A stretch of DNA of 42,348 nucleotides. It comes from a virus (taxonomy: Duplodnaviria; Caudoviricetes). Location: IMG/VR virus record IMGVR_UViG_3300032218_001918, positions 1 through 42,348 of that record; one strand, written 5' to 3'. This document shows, one piece after another, positions 1 to 9,135 of this stretch. The notes under the pieces were generated by a model, which ran no database searches, was not told the origin of the DNA, and saw only the letters and a program-made list of their open reading frames with translations. Positions within the stretch are counted from its first letter, which is position 1. Each line of letters opens with the position of its first letter. A program made the translations under genes and the position numbers.

Positions 1-62
1 GGCGCGAATGTAATCGGTACACTTAAGTAGCATCGCCAGCTACATAACTTTAGTTAAAATAT

Positions 63-3000
63 ATGCCATATTTGCGTCTACCTAGTGGTGCGTACGTTGA
101 AGTCCCCGAGGGGATGTCCCAAAGTGAAGCGCTATCTAAAGCTAGAGAGCAATTTAAAGACCAGTTCCAACCTGCTGAAAAACCCGACACTGGACTAACT
201 GGCGCAGCTAAGGCAAGCTATCAAACACTTAAAGGGGACATTGCTGCCCTAGCCGGTAAAACCGGCTTAATGGATATTGCTGAAGCCGAGAAGTACCAAA
301 AAGAACGTCAAGCCGAAGCCCAAAGAGTATTTAAGCCAACCGAAGAAGGTTGGACAGAAGCGCCATTCTTAAAAGCCCGTGAGTTATTGGGCGGTTCATT
401 GCCGTATATGGCGGCTCCTATAGCTGTTGGTGGTGCGGCTGCTCTAGGTGGTGCTCCTGTTGCTGCTGGCGCAGGTCTTGCTGGTTTGGCATCTGGCTTA
501 CAGTTCACAGGTTCAAACTTAACTCGTCAGATGGAAGAGGGTAAAGCCCTTAAAGATACTGACCTTATAGCTGCAGGTGCGGCTGCCATTCCACAAGCTG
601 CCTTAGACGTTGTTGGATTTAAATACTTGCCGGGCGTACAAAAAATATTTAAGTCTGCTGGTGTTGAGCTTTCTGAACAAGCCGCTAACAAAATCATGCA
701 GGCTGGCACGCTTAAAACGGCGGGTCAATATGTTGTTGGTGGTACAAGAATTGCTGGTGTTGAAGGCGCTACTGAAGCTGGTCAACAGTTTTTTGAACGT
801 TTACAAGCTGGCTTAAACATAGCAGACCCAGAAGCCCGTAAAGAATATCTTGAAAGTTTTGTTGGTGGCGCTGTATTAGGGGGTATTGCTTCTCCAATAG
901 GTGTTGCCGGTAAACGCGGTGAAGCTAAAGATGTACTTTCTAAAGCGCAATTTAAACGTGATGAAGCGGCAGCTGCTGCAGAAGAAGCACGCAAACAAAC
1001 CCCAGAGTACAGAGCTGAACTTGAGACACAGCGCAATGATATACAAGGGCGCATTACTCAGATTCAGTCTGTTCTTAAAGACCCACGCCTAGATAAAGAA
1101 GCCGTTGACGAAGGCAAGAAAGAAATCAAAGACCTTCAAACCCAGCTTAAGGGTATTGTTGGTGAACTAAAAACTGCTGGCGCTCCAGCCGAAGAAGCAC
1201 CCGCTTTTAATATTGACCAAGCTATTGCTGAGAAGAAAGCCCAAGAAGAATCCGAAGCTGCTAAAAATGAACAGGCACTTAAGGTTAAAGAAAACTCTGA
1301 AGGCTTTATTAAAGAGCATCAAGGTCTAGCCAGCACGGTAGACTACTTGCAGACCAAACTGCAAGACGCCATGAAGAACGGCAACATCCAGCAAGCTGAA
1401 ACTTTTGGTGATTTACTAGATAAGAAAACTGCTGAACTACAACAGCTATCTGAGATTGCACAACGTGCTGGTATAAACGTACGTACCCCAGAAGCGCAGT
1501 TAAAAAGCGCTAACGCAGCTTTAAAGAAAGTACAAAACCAACTGGCGGTAGCTAGCGAAGATGCCAACTTAACTTCTGATAAACGTAAAGAGCTTATCCA
1601 GTCTATTAAAGATGCGCAAGCTAAAGTAGATGAGCTATCTACTCAAGTAGCAAAACGCAAAGAAGAAGGCGCAGCTAGCCAAGCATTGGCACAAAAACAA
1701 GAAGAGCGTCTTCAAGGTCCTACTAAATGGAATAAAAAAACAGGTAAGTTTGAAATACTTAGCGACGAAGAAATTGAACAGCCAATTGACATGGCTGAGT
1801 ACGAACTTAAAGCTAACGAGATGACCAACAACCGCCTTGCTGGTTTAGCAGCGGCGGCTACCGAACGTCAAAGAGCTTTTGGTGAAATGGACACAGCCCA
1901 AAAAGTGGCTGAAGAAATTGACAAAGGTACTCTATATAACACTTCTGCAAAACTTCTTGGCTTAACAACAAGCGCTGGTAAAAATGGTAAATGGTCGTTT
2001 AGTGATCCAGAAGAAGCCGCACTTCTACGTAAAGAAGTTGCAGACCAGCTTGATGCGATTGAAAGAGATCGCGCTACTGCAGAGCAAAATAAGATGGATT
2101 TGCCTGCTGACCCCCGTACTCCTTACCTAGAGCAGTTGTTTGAGAAGCTAAGTGAGACAGCCGCCGTTGAAACAGGTAAGTTACCAAAGTCTAAAGTAGA
2201 AAGCCGCAGAGAGTTACGCTATCGTCAACAAGAAATTCCTGCAGCCCAGAAGCTATTTAAACCTGACTTGCCAGTTGGCGAGTACACACCTGCTCACATT
2301 GCTAAAGTTCGCAAAGAGCTTGATGAAATTAATCGTTTGCTTAAAGACGATGAAAACTACGAAGCTGCAAAGAAAACGGAAATTACCAAACTTAAGCGGC
2401 AAGCAACTAAAGCTAAAAAAGTTGTAGAAAAGAAAGATGTTAAGCCTGCTGATAAAAAAGCCGCTAAAGAATTAATTGCCCGTATTGAAAAAGATATTGA
2501 GCGGGTTAAGAAAACCCCTCGCCTTACCGCAGGTGCCAAAGAAAGATTTGAACGCCGTAAAGGTCGTCTTGAAACCGAGATTCTTGATGCTACTTTACCG
2601 CTACGTGCAAAAGGCAAAGCGCCTAAGTATTTACGCATTGAGTCTGATATTGAGACGCTTGAGAACAAACTTAAAGAAGCTACTGCTCCTAGCGAGATTA
2701 AGCGTTTACAGAACCGTATTGCTAATGCCTATACTAAGCTAGCCAAAGTTAAGAAAACCTCACGTCTGCCAGAAGGCGGTGCTAAGGGTAAGCGTGTTGT
2801 TGGTGCTGCAAAAGAAGGCACAGCGCTTACTGAAATCCAAGATGCTATTGATCAGCTTCGTAAGGGCGAGTTCTTTGGTGGAGCTGCTGCTACCGAGACC
2901 AACCTTGAAGGGCAGTCTCGTCCATTACTCTTGCGTGGTATCCGTAACGATGTAGATACACTTATCATGGCGGCTATTTCTGATATTAATATCGGTCGTC

Positions 3001-6000
3001 GTAGCCGTAATGAAGCCGACATGTCTAAGGCTGAGCAAGAAGAATTTGCTACTGTTGTTGAGCAGATGTTGTTAAGTAAAGCGGCTAAAGCTACTGGATG
3101 GCGTGCTGAACTGCAGCGTGCCCCCGAGACTGAAGAAGAAACCGCTATATCTAAAGCCTTTAAAGATGCTGGTTTTGATTTTGGCAACAAGACTGCCTAC
3201 GAACAGTACGTTGAAGCTATTGGTAAGTCTGGCTTAACAGACGAAGATATTGTTACAAACTACGGCGAAGCTAATAAACAGATTGAGCGTATTCGTAATA
3301 ATCTTGATACGCTGATTGACAAGAAGAATGATCTTGAAGATAAGATAAGCACCGCCAGCGATAGAAGCGTTATTTCTACCTACAAGAAACAGATTGATCG
3401 CCTAACGGCTTCTATTAAAGAAGCTAATAAAGCATACGATGCCGCTAAAGCTGAGTTTGTTAAGGGCGAGAAAGAAGGTAAAGGCGAGATCCGCACCGGT
3501 ATGCGTGAGCAAGAGCGTATCGACATTAGAGATACCCTTGATAAACTTAAACAGTCGTTTGGTTCTGAGCGTGCTCAGTTTGTTGAAGCTCCTGAAATTA
3601 CCGCTGAAAGCATGCCTGAAATTGATGGCGAGCCAAAAGAATTGTCCAAGCTACGCAATATTGCCAATGAATTCTTGGAATCTACACGAGGTATCTTACG
3701 TGGTTTAGGCGAAGCCCTTAATATCCTTACGCCTGTTGAAGTACGTAAATCCAAAGCCGTTCTTGATGACTTTAACAAGCAAAAGCAAACCGCCCTTGAC
3801 TTTATGCGGGATATTGCTGGCGGCAAAGAAGAGAAAGACTCGTTCTTTAATAAAGTAATTGCTGCTACTAAGAAAGAAAAAGAAGCTGCAGCTGCCGAAC
3901 TAGAAGCTAATGCTGCCGAAACAGAATCCAAAACAACTGGCGACAAACTTATCAATGCTAGCTTGCGTCGTAAAGCTGAAAAGCTACGTAAACAAGCCGA
4001 TGAGATGCACGCAGATGTTGCTGCTGACGTTAATAAAGCGGTTGAACAAGTAAAAGAAACTATCGCCATAGCTGAAGGCGCTGCTAAACAGAAGCTAGAT
4101 GCCGACTTTAAACAGTTTTTTGACCAGCTCAAATCAAACAATACAGATTATTTAGAGGCTTCTCGTGCTTACCAAGCAGCCCGTGATGAGTACTACACTA
4201 AAAAACGTGCAGAAGCTGGCGCTGCTCGTGCAGAAGAACTAGGCGGTGATAGAGAGCGCACAGCTAAAATACTTAAGCGTGGTGAACAAGAAGGCAAACA
4301 AAAAGTTGGTCTTGGTTTACCGGGCAAAAAAGTTCAAGCAGTTATAACGCAGACTGTATTAAGCAATCTTTCGTTTATTAATATGGGCAAAAAAGTTACG
4401 ACCATGCGTAACTTGTTTAAAGCAATTGATGCCGCCGATAAACAAATTGGTAAATCTGAAAACGAACGTTCCGCTGCTGTAGCAAAGGCTAAAGATGCTT
4501 ACGCTAAAGAAGTTATTAGGACTCGTAACTATGCGGAGAATGAAGGGTTTGGTCTTCGTCCGGGTGAGCTTGGCGACTTGTTCATACAACTTAGTAAAGT
4601 AACATCAGAATCCCCCGAAGGCAAAGCGATTCTTAAAGACATTGCTACTATTCGTAGAGCGGCTGAAGAAGATGCTGCACGTATGGGAATTGTGCAACGG
4701 GCTAAAAAAGAAATTGGTCCGAAAGGTTCCATTGAAGCTGAAGAAGAACGTAAAGCTCTTCAAGCTGAGCAAACTGAAGAAGCACGGCGTACTATTGAGC
4801 GTCGTAAAAATATTATTACTACCAAACAGCGTAATAAAATGCGAGAAGCAGTTCAAAAAGAACTTGACGCAGCTAACGCAAAAGAAATTAAGAAGGCGCC
4901 TAAAGACGCTACAACCGCTCAAAAGAAAGCTATTAATGCGGCTAACGACAAAATACGTATTGCAAGACAGTCACTACAGGCAGAACTTGATGTTATTACC
5001 AATGCGGATTTTGAAGTTCTTAAACGCCGCGGCAATATTAAACAAGAAGCTTCTGACAGATTATATAAAAAATCTAAGTTTGAAAGCGAACGAGATAACG
5101 CACTTCGTGCAGCCAAAGCAAGAGCAGACGCTTTAGAGAAAAAAGAACTAGGCGCTAAACTCACCAAAGCTGACGAAAAGTTAATAGCCAAAGGTGACAC
5201 GTTAACTGCCGATGAAAAAGAAATAATTGCAAATGCCGAAGCTTTAGGTAAATTTGCTGCTGGTTATATAGAAAGCAAAGCCGCAGAGCGTAAACAAAAA
5301 GTTGCTGTAAATGAAATTAATTTACAAAAACCTCTTTCAGAAGAAGAAAAGTTTGCTAAAACAACCGCCGGTAAAAACCAAGCGGAGCGTCTTAAATATG
5401 CTAAGGGTCGTGAAAAAGAAAAAATTCTTGCCAGAGAGTTTAAGAAAGCGCTTGACGAAAACGCTGTTGTAGAGGCTGGGTATAAAGCTGTTGGTATTAC
5501 TGAAGCTGAGTTTACAAAACTTACCCGCAGAGCGGAAAAACAGCGTCTTGATTTTTGGAGTAATGAAATCGAAGACGCCAATATTAGTTTTGACGATTTC
5601 AAAGGTTTGCAAGAAGGCATGCGTGGTGACTGGGATCCACGTATTGAGAAGCCAATTACAGGCGAAGGTGTATCTTCATCTGTTGTACAACGTGTTGTTG
5701 ATAAGCTCAAGCTACCAAAAGGGCTCAAGGTTATTGTCCTTGAAAAGCTAACGCCTACATTACGTGGCGCTATTGCAGAGGGCGGCTACACAGATACAGA
5801 GATTGATGGTGTTCGTGGTGGTGTAATGCCTGACGGCACAGTCTTTGTTGTGGCTAATAACCACGCAGATGTTAAAGACGTAGAGCGCACACTGGCGCAC
5901 GAAATTACTGGTCACTTGGGCGTTGAGGGTGTTCTTGGGCAGGCTGGTATGGATGCACTTGCTAAGAAAGTTATTGCTCAAAATGGTAGCGTAGCTAAGT

Positions 6001-8960
6001 TAGCTGATAAATTGGGCGTTGGGGAAGAAGCCCTTGCCGCTTACATGGCTGCTAAACAAGCAGGCAAGTCTGAAGAGTTTGCCCAAGCTAAAGCCCTACG
6101 TGAGGTTATTGCGCATACTGCTGAAGCTAGACCTGATAAAAACTTTATTCAGAAAGCCAACGAGTTTATCAAGGCTTTGGTTGGTGCGTTCCGTGCTGCC
6201 TTGCGTAAGATGGGTATTGACCTAGACATCAACACAACTGACGTCTACAAGCTACTTCGTGATGCTCGCAAATCCGAAAAGATTGCTCCCGGTATATACA
6301 AAGGGCGTGATGGTGAGTACCAGTTAAAACCCGGTAAAGCTACTTATGGTCCGGGTGGTGCAATTGTTGCCCGTGGCGCTGACATGATGATGGCTAAACA
6401 AGCTCCGTTAAAAGATCGCTTGTTCCCTACAAACATTGGTTTATATCTTAAACAGAAACTGGTAGCAGGATCAGCCAGCTTAGAGCGTGTTCTTGAAATC
6501 AAAGGCATGAAAAACTCTTTGGTAGCCAACCAGCTTAAGTACTATATTGCCCAGCACAACCAGCGCTTTACGATTGCTGGTAACGCTTTAACTATTGGTG
6601 TGCCTGTATTGCGCCAAGAAAAAGGTGGCAAGGGCCATGTGCTTGAATCTAAACCCGGTGCTAACTTAAAGAGCCTTGCTGAAACTTTAGGCAAGATTGG
6701 CTGGGGTAATGCAGAAGGTATCCGTAACGCATATAGTCTGTACCGTATTAGCAAACGTGCTAAGAACGTAGGCGTAGATAAGTTGAACTTTAAAAACCCA
6801 CAAGAGATGGCTAAGATGCTTAAGGAAGTTGATGCTCTTGTTGCTGGTAATGAAACACTACGCAAAGGCTTTATAGCGGCGGATAAGATATACGACCAAT
6901 ACAACCGTGACTTGATGAACTTCTTGGTTCAAACTGGCGCTCTTCCTGCAAACAAAGCTATTGACCTTGTTAAGAACAATGACTACGTGCCGTTCTATCG
7001 CACAGAACAAAATGGTAATGTGGTGCTTGATTTGGGTGGTGCTGATCGTGTTCGCATTGGTAACTTAAAAGACCAGCCTTATCTGAAAGAGTTGGTTGGT
7101 GGAGACGAGCGTATCGTAGACATCTACACAGGCGCTTTGCAAAACACCAACTTGCTGATTGATATGGCGCTGCACAATCTAGCTTCTCGTAACGTGGCGT
7201 TTACTTTAGCTGATTTAGGTTTGGTAGACATCAGGGGCGAGAAGGGTATTGGTATACGCCCGGGTAAAGGTCCGGCAGGCGATAAAGTTATTCGTTTTAG
7301 CGTACAGCCAGTTAATGACAAAGACGATGGCTTCCGTCATGTTGTTGTAAATACCGACTCTACTGGTATTCCATCCGAATACTTGGTTCAAGGTCTGGCT
7401 GGTGTTAACACAAGCGTTCCATCGCTGGTCAAGAGCATGGGCTTTTTTGCCCGTACTTTACGTTCATGGGTAACTAGAAACCCAGTCTATGCTGCACGTC
7501 AGATTATTCGTGACCCGTTCACAGCTACTATGGCTAGCGGTGTTGATACTATTCCTGTGCTGACTTCTCTCAAAGCTATGAGTACATCCATTGGCAGAAT
7601 GCGTCGTGGTGAGGTTGGTACTAGCGAGATCGAGCGTTTAGGTTTGGTAAGTAGCAACGTGTTTACCGGTACGTCTGAAGATATGCAGAAGATTTTGTTA
7701 CAGATTACTAGTGGTAAAGGCGGTTGGGAATCCTACTTGGCTAAAGCTGACGCCTTAGCAGCGCAGGGTGATGCGGCTACTCGTGAGGTTGCTTTCAATA
7801 GCTTCCGTAAGCAAGGCTTGTCTGAACTAGAAGCAGCGTTGGCTACCTACGAAACAATGCCGTTTACCCAGCGTGGTACATCGTCTAGCTTGTTCTTGCT
7901 ATCTACAATGGTTCCGTTCCTTAACGCACAGATTCAAGGTTTGAATGTGTTGTACAACGCGTTTACAGGAAAAGCTACCTTCCAAGAGAAGCTGCGTATT
8001 AAACAGAAGCTATGGCAACGTGGCATGATGATGTTTGGTATGTCTATGGCTTACGCCCTGTTGATGAGCGAAGATGAGGCTTACCAAAACGCTAATGATG
8101 ATGAGCGCTACAACAACTGGTTTGTGTATGTACCGGGTATTGACGAGCCTGTTCGTGTACCTATCCCATTTGAATTGGGTATTCCATTTAAGGCGTTGCC
8201 GGAAGCTATTGTTAACGTAATGCGTGGCGATAGAACTGCTGCTGAAGCTGTGAAGGCGTTGGGTAAGATGGTTCAAAACTCTGTACCGCTTGGTCCTACA
8301 TCTATACCACAGGCTATTAAAGCACCGATTGAAATTATTGCCGACTACTCGTTCTACACAGGTCGTAGTATTGTTGGCGACCGCCTTGCTGGTGTCGACC
8401 CTTCCGAGCGTTTTAATGCTAATACAACAGAGCTTGCTAAGTTTATTGGTAAAGGCACAGGCGCTATTCCGTTCTTTGGTGAATATCTGTCTCCAGTTCA
8501 AATTGAGTATATGTTGCGTGGTTACACAGGTAGCTTACCTTTAGCCCTTGCTTCTATGGCTAACCCATTATTTGGTAGCGCTGCCGGTGAAAAGCCAACG
8601 GCTCGTGCAAGTGAGTTGCCTGTTGTTGGTTCGTTATTCCAACCTAAAGATGCTACCGGTCTTATCAATCGTGCATACAAAGACATGGAAGCTATCAATC
8701 GTGCCGGTCAAACCTATAAGAAACTGGACGAAGAAGGGCGTACTAAAGAAGCCGATGACTATGCCGATCGCTTTGCTGATGAATTAAGTCTTGCTCCGTT
8801 AGCTGGTGAATTTAAACAAAAGATGGGGCAGCTTGCTAAGGAAGAGCGTGAAATTAAGGCTGACCCTAACTTGTCAGGTCCTGAGAAACGCCGTCAACTT
8901 GAAGAAGTTCGTAAAGAAAGAATTGAGTTGTCTAAAGAACTTATTAGCGAACGCGTGTAA
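63..8960 (+). CDS. Giant internal virion / DNA-ejection-type polyvalent protein (zincin-like motif, LPD38-like C-terminus)
   Basis: 2965 aa. Gly/Ala-rich hydrophobic N-terminal segments, ~1500 aa K/E/A-rich helical middle, LAHEITGHLG motif (~5895-5920), and C-terminal PFLNAQIQG...RVPIPFELG resembling LPD38. Last gene of the + strand structural block. Confidence 0.7.
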   Translation: MPYLRLPSGAYVEVPEGMSQSEALSKAREQFKDQFQPAEKPDTGLTGAAKASYQTLKGDIAALAGKTGLMDIAEAEKYQKERQAEAQRVFKPTEEGWTEAPFLKARELLGGSLPYMAAPIAVGGAAALGGAPVAAGAGLAGLASGLQFTGSNLTRQMEEGKALKDTDLIAAGAAAIPQAALDVVGFKYLPGVQKIFKSAGVELSEQAANKIMQAGTLKTAGQYVVGGTRIAGVEGATEAGQQFFERLQAGLNIADPEARKEYLESFVGGAVLGGIASPIGVAGKRGEAKDVLSKAQFKRDEAAAAAEEARKQTPEYRAELETQRNDIQGRITQIQSVLKDPRLDKEAVDEGKKEIKDLQTQLKGIVGELKTAGAPAEEAPAFNIDQAIAEKKAQEESEAAKNEQALKVKENSEGFIKEHQGLASTVDYLQTKLQDAMKNGNIQQAETFGDLLDKKTAELQQLSEIAQRAGINVRTPEAQLKSANAALKKVQNQLAVASEDANLTSDKRKELIQSIKDAQAKVDELSTQVAKRKEEGAASQALAQKQEERLQGPTKWNKKTGKFEILSDEEIEQPIDMAEYELKANEMTNNRLAGLAAAATERQRAFGEMDTAQKVAEEIDKGTLYNTSAKLLGLTTSAGKNGKWSFSDPEEAALLRKEVADQLDAIERDRATAEQNKMDLPADPRTPYLEQLFEKLSETAAVETGKLPKSKVESRRELRYRQQEIPAAQKLFKPDLPVGEYTPAHIAKVRKELDEINRLLKDDENYEAAKKTEITKLKRQATKAKKVVEKKDVKPADKKAAKELIARIEKDIERVKKTPRLTAGAKERFERRKGRLETEILDATLPLRAKGKAPKYLRIESDIETLENKLKEATAPSEIKRLQNRIANAYTKLAKVKKTSRLPEGGAKGKRVVGAAKEGTALTEIQDAIDQLRKGEFFGGAAATETNLEGQSRPLLLRGIRNDVDTLIMAAISDINIGRRSRNEADMSKAEQEEFATVVEQMLLSKAAKATGWRAELQRAPETEEETAISKAFKDAGFDFGNKTAYEQYVEAIGKSGLTDEDIVTNYGEANKQIERIRNNLDTLIDKKNDLEDKISTASDRSVISTYKKQIDRLTASIKEANKAYDAAKAEFVKGEKEGKGEIRTGMREQERIDIRDTLDKLKQSFGSERAQFVEAPEITAESMPEIDGEPKELSKLRNIANEFLESTRGILRGLGEALNILTPVEVRKSKAVLDDFNKQKQTALDFMRDIAGGKEEKDSFFNKVIAATKKEKEAAAAELEANAAETESKTTGDKLINASLRRKAEKLRKQADEMHADVAADVNKAVEQVKETIAIAEGAAKQKLDADFKQFFDQLKSNNTDYLEASRAYQAARDEYYTKKRAEAGAARAEELGGDRERTAKILKRGEQEGKQKVGLGLPGKKVQAVITQTVLSNLSFINMGKKVTTMRNLFKAIDAADKQIGKSENERSAAVAKAKDAYAKEVIRTRNYAENEGFGLRPGELGDLFIQLSKVTSESPEGKAILKDIATIRRAAEEDAARMGIVQRAKKEIGPKGSIEAEEERKALQAEQTEEARRTIERRKNIITTKQRNKMREAVQKELDAANAKEIKKAPKDATTAQKKAINAANDKIRIARQSLQAELDVITNADFEVLKRRGNIKQEASDRLYKKSKFESERDNALRAAKARADALEKKELGAKLTKADEKLIAKGDTLTADEKEIIANAEALGKFAAGYIESKAAERKQKVAVNEINLQKPLSEEEKFAKTTAGKNQAERLKYAKGREKEKILAREFKKALDENAVVEAGYKAVGITEAEFTKLTRRAEKQRLDFWSNEIEDANISFDDFKGLQEGMRGDWDPRIEKPITGEGVSSSVVQRVVDKLKLPKGLKVIVLEKLTPTLRGAIAEGGYTDTEIDGVRGGVMPDGTVFVVANNHADVKDVERTLAHEITGHLGVEGVLGQAGMDALAKKVIAQNGSVAKLADKLGVGEEALAAYMAAKQAGKSEEFAQAKALREVIAHTAEARPDKNFIQKANEFIKALVGAFRAALRKMGIDLDINTTDVYKLLRDARKSEKIAPGIYKGRDGEYQLKPGKATYGPGGAIVARGADMMMAKQAPLKDRLFPTNIGLYLKQKLVAGSASLERVLEIKGMKNSLVANQLKYYIAQHNQRFTIAGNALTIGVPVLRQEKGGKGHVLESKPGANLKSLAETLGKIGWGNAEGIRNAYSLYRISKRAKNVGVDKLNFKNPQEMAKMLKEVDALVAGNETLRKGFIAADKIYDQYNRDLMNFLVQTGALPANKAIDLVKNNDYVPFYRTEQNGNVVLDLGGADRVRIGNLKDQPYLKELVGGDERIVDIYTGALQNTNLLIDMALHNLASRNVAFTLADLGLVDIRGEKGIGIRPGKGPAGDKVIRFSVQPVNDKDDGFRHVVVNTDSTGIPSEYLVQGLAGVNTSVPSLVKSMGFFARTLRSWVTRNPVYAARQIIRDPFTATMASGVDTIPVLTSLKAMSTSIGRMRRGEVGTSEIERLGLVSSNVFTGTSEDMQKILLQITSGKGGWESYLAKADALAAQGDAATREVAFNSFRKQGLSELEAALATYETMPFTQRGTSSSLFLLSTMVPFLNAQIQGLNVLYNAFTGKATFQEKLRIKQKLWQRGMMMFGMSMAYALLMSEDEAYQNANDDERYNNWFVYVPGIDEPVRVPIPFELGIPFKALPEAIVNVMRGDRTAAEAVKALGKMVQNSVPLGPTSIPQAIKAPIEIIADYSFYTGRSIVGDRLAGVDPSERFNANTTELAKFIGKGTGAIPFFGEYLSPVQIEYMLRGYTGSLPLALASMANPLFGSAAGEKPTARASELPVVGSLFQPKDATGLINRAYKDMEAINRAGQTYKKLDEEGRTKEADDYADRFADELSLAPLAGEFKQKMGQLAKEEREIKADPNLSGPEKRRQLEEVRKERIELSKELISERV

Positions 8961-9135
8961 AAAGAACGCCGAGCTTGCCCTGTATGGTTCCAAACTCGGC
9001 TTTACCTATAATGCGGTAGTGAGTGGCGGCGCTTAGCCCCTCACTTTTTGTCTCCTCCAACCGCAATGTCGGTACAAAAAACTTCTGCTTAATCTCCAGC
9101 TTTTGCCACGGATAATGCACCTTAACTTTCTTCAT
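8944..9135 (-). CDS. Small hypothetical protein, possibly DNA-binding
   Basis: 63 aa basic ORF (YPWQKLEIKQKFFVP) overlapping the end of the primase-helicase gene. Confidence 0.6.
   Translation of the reverse strand: MKKVKVHYPWQKLEIKQKFFVPTLRLEETKSEGLSAATHYRIIGKAEFGTIQGKLGVLFTRVR

Noticed and set aside
1-30. 3' end of an upstream gene (GANVIGTLK-stop)
   Set aside because: Too short to support a call
308-8787. Many short alternative-frame and antisense ORFs within the giant gene (and similarly within other long genes)
   Set aside because: Shadow ORFs expected from codon bias; no RBS or recognisable motifs
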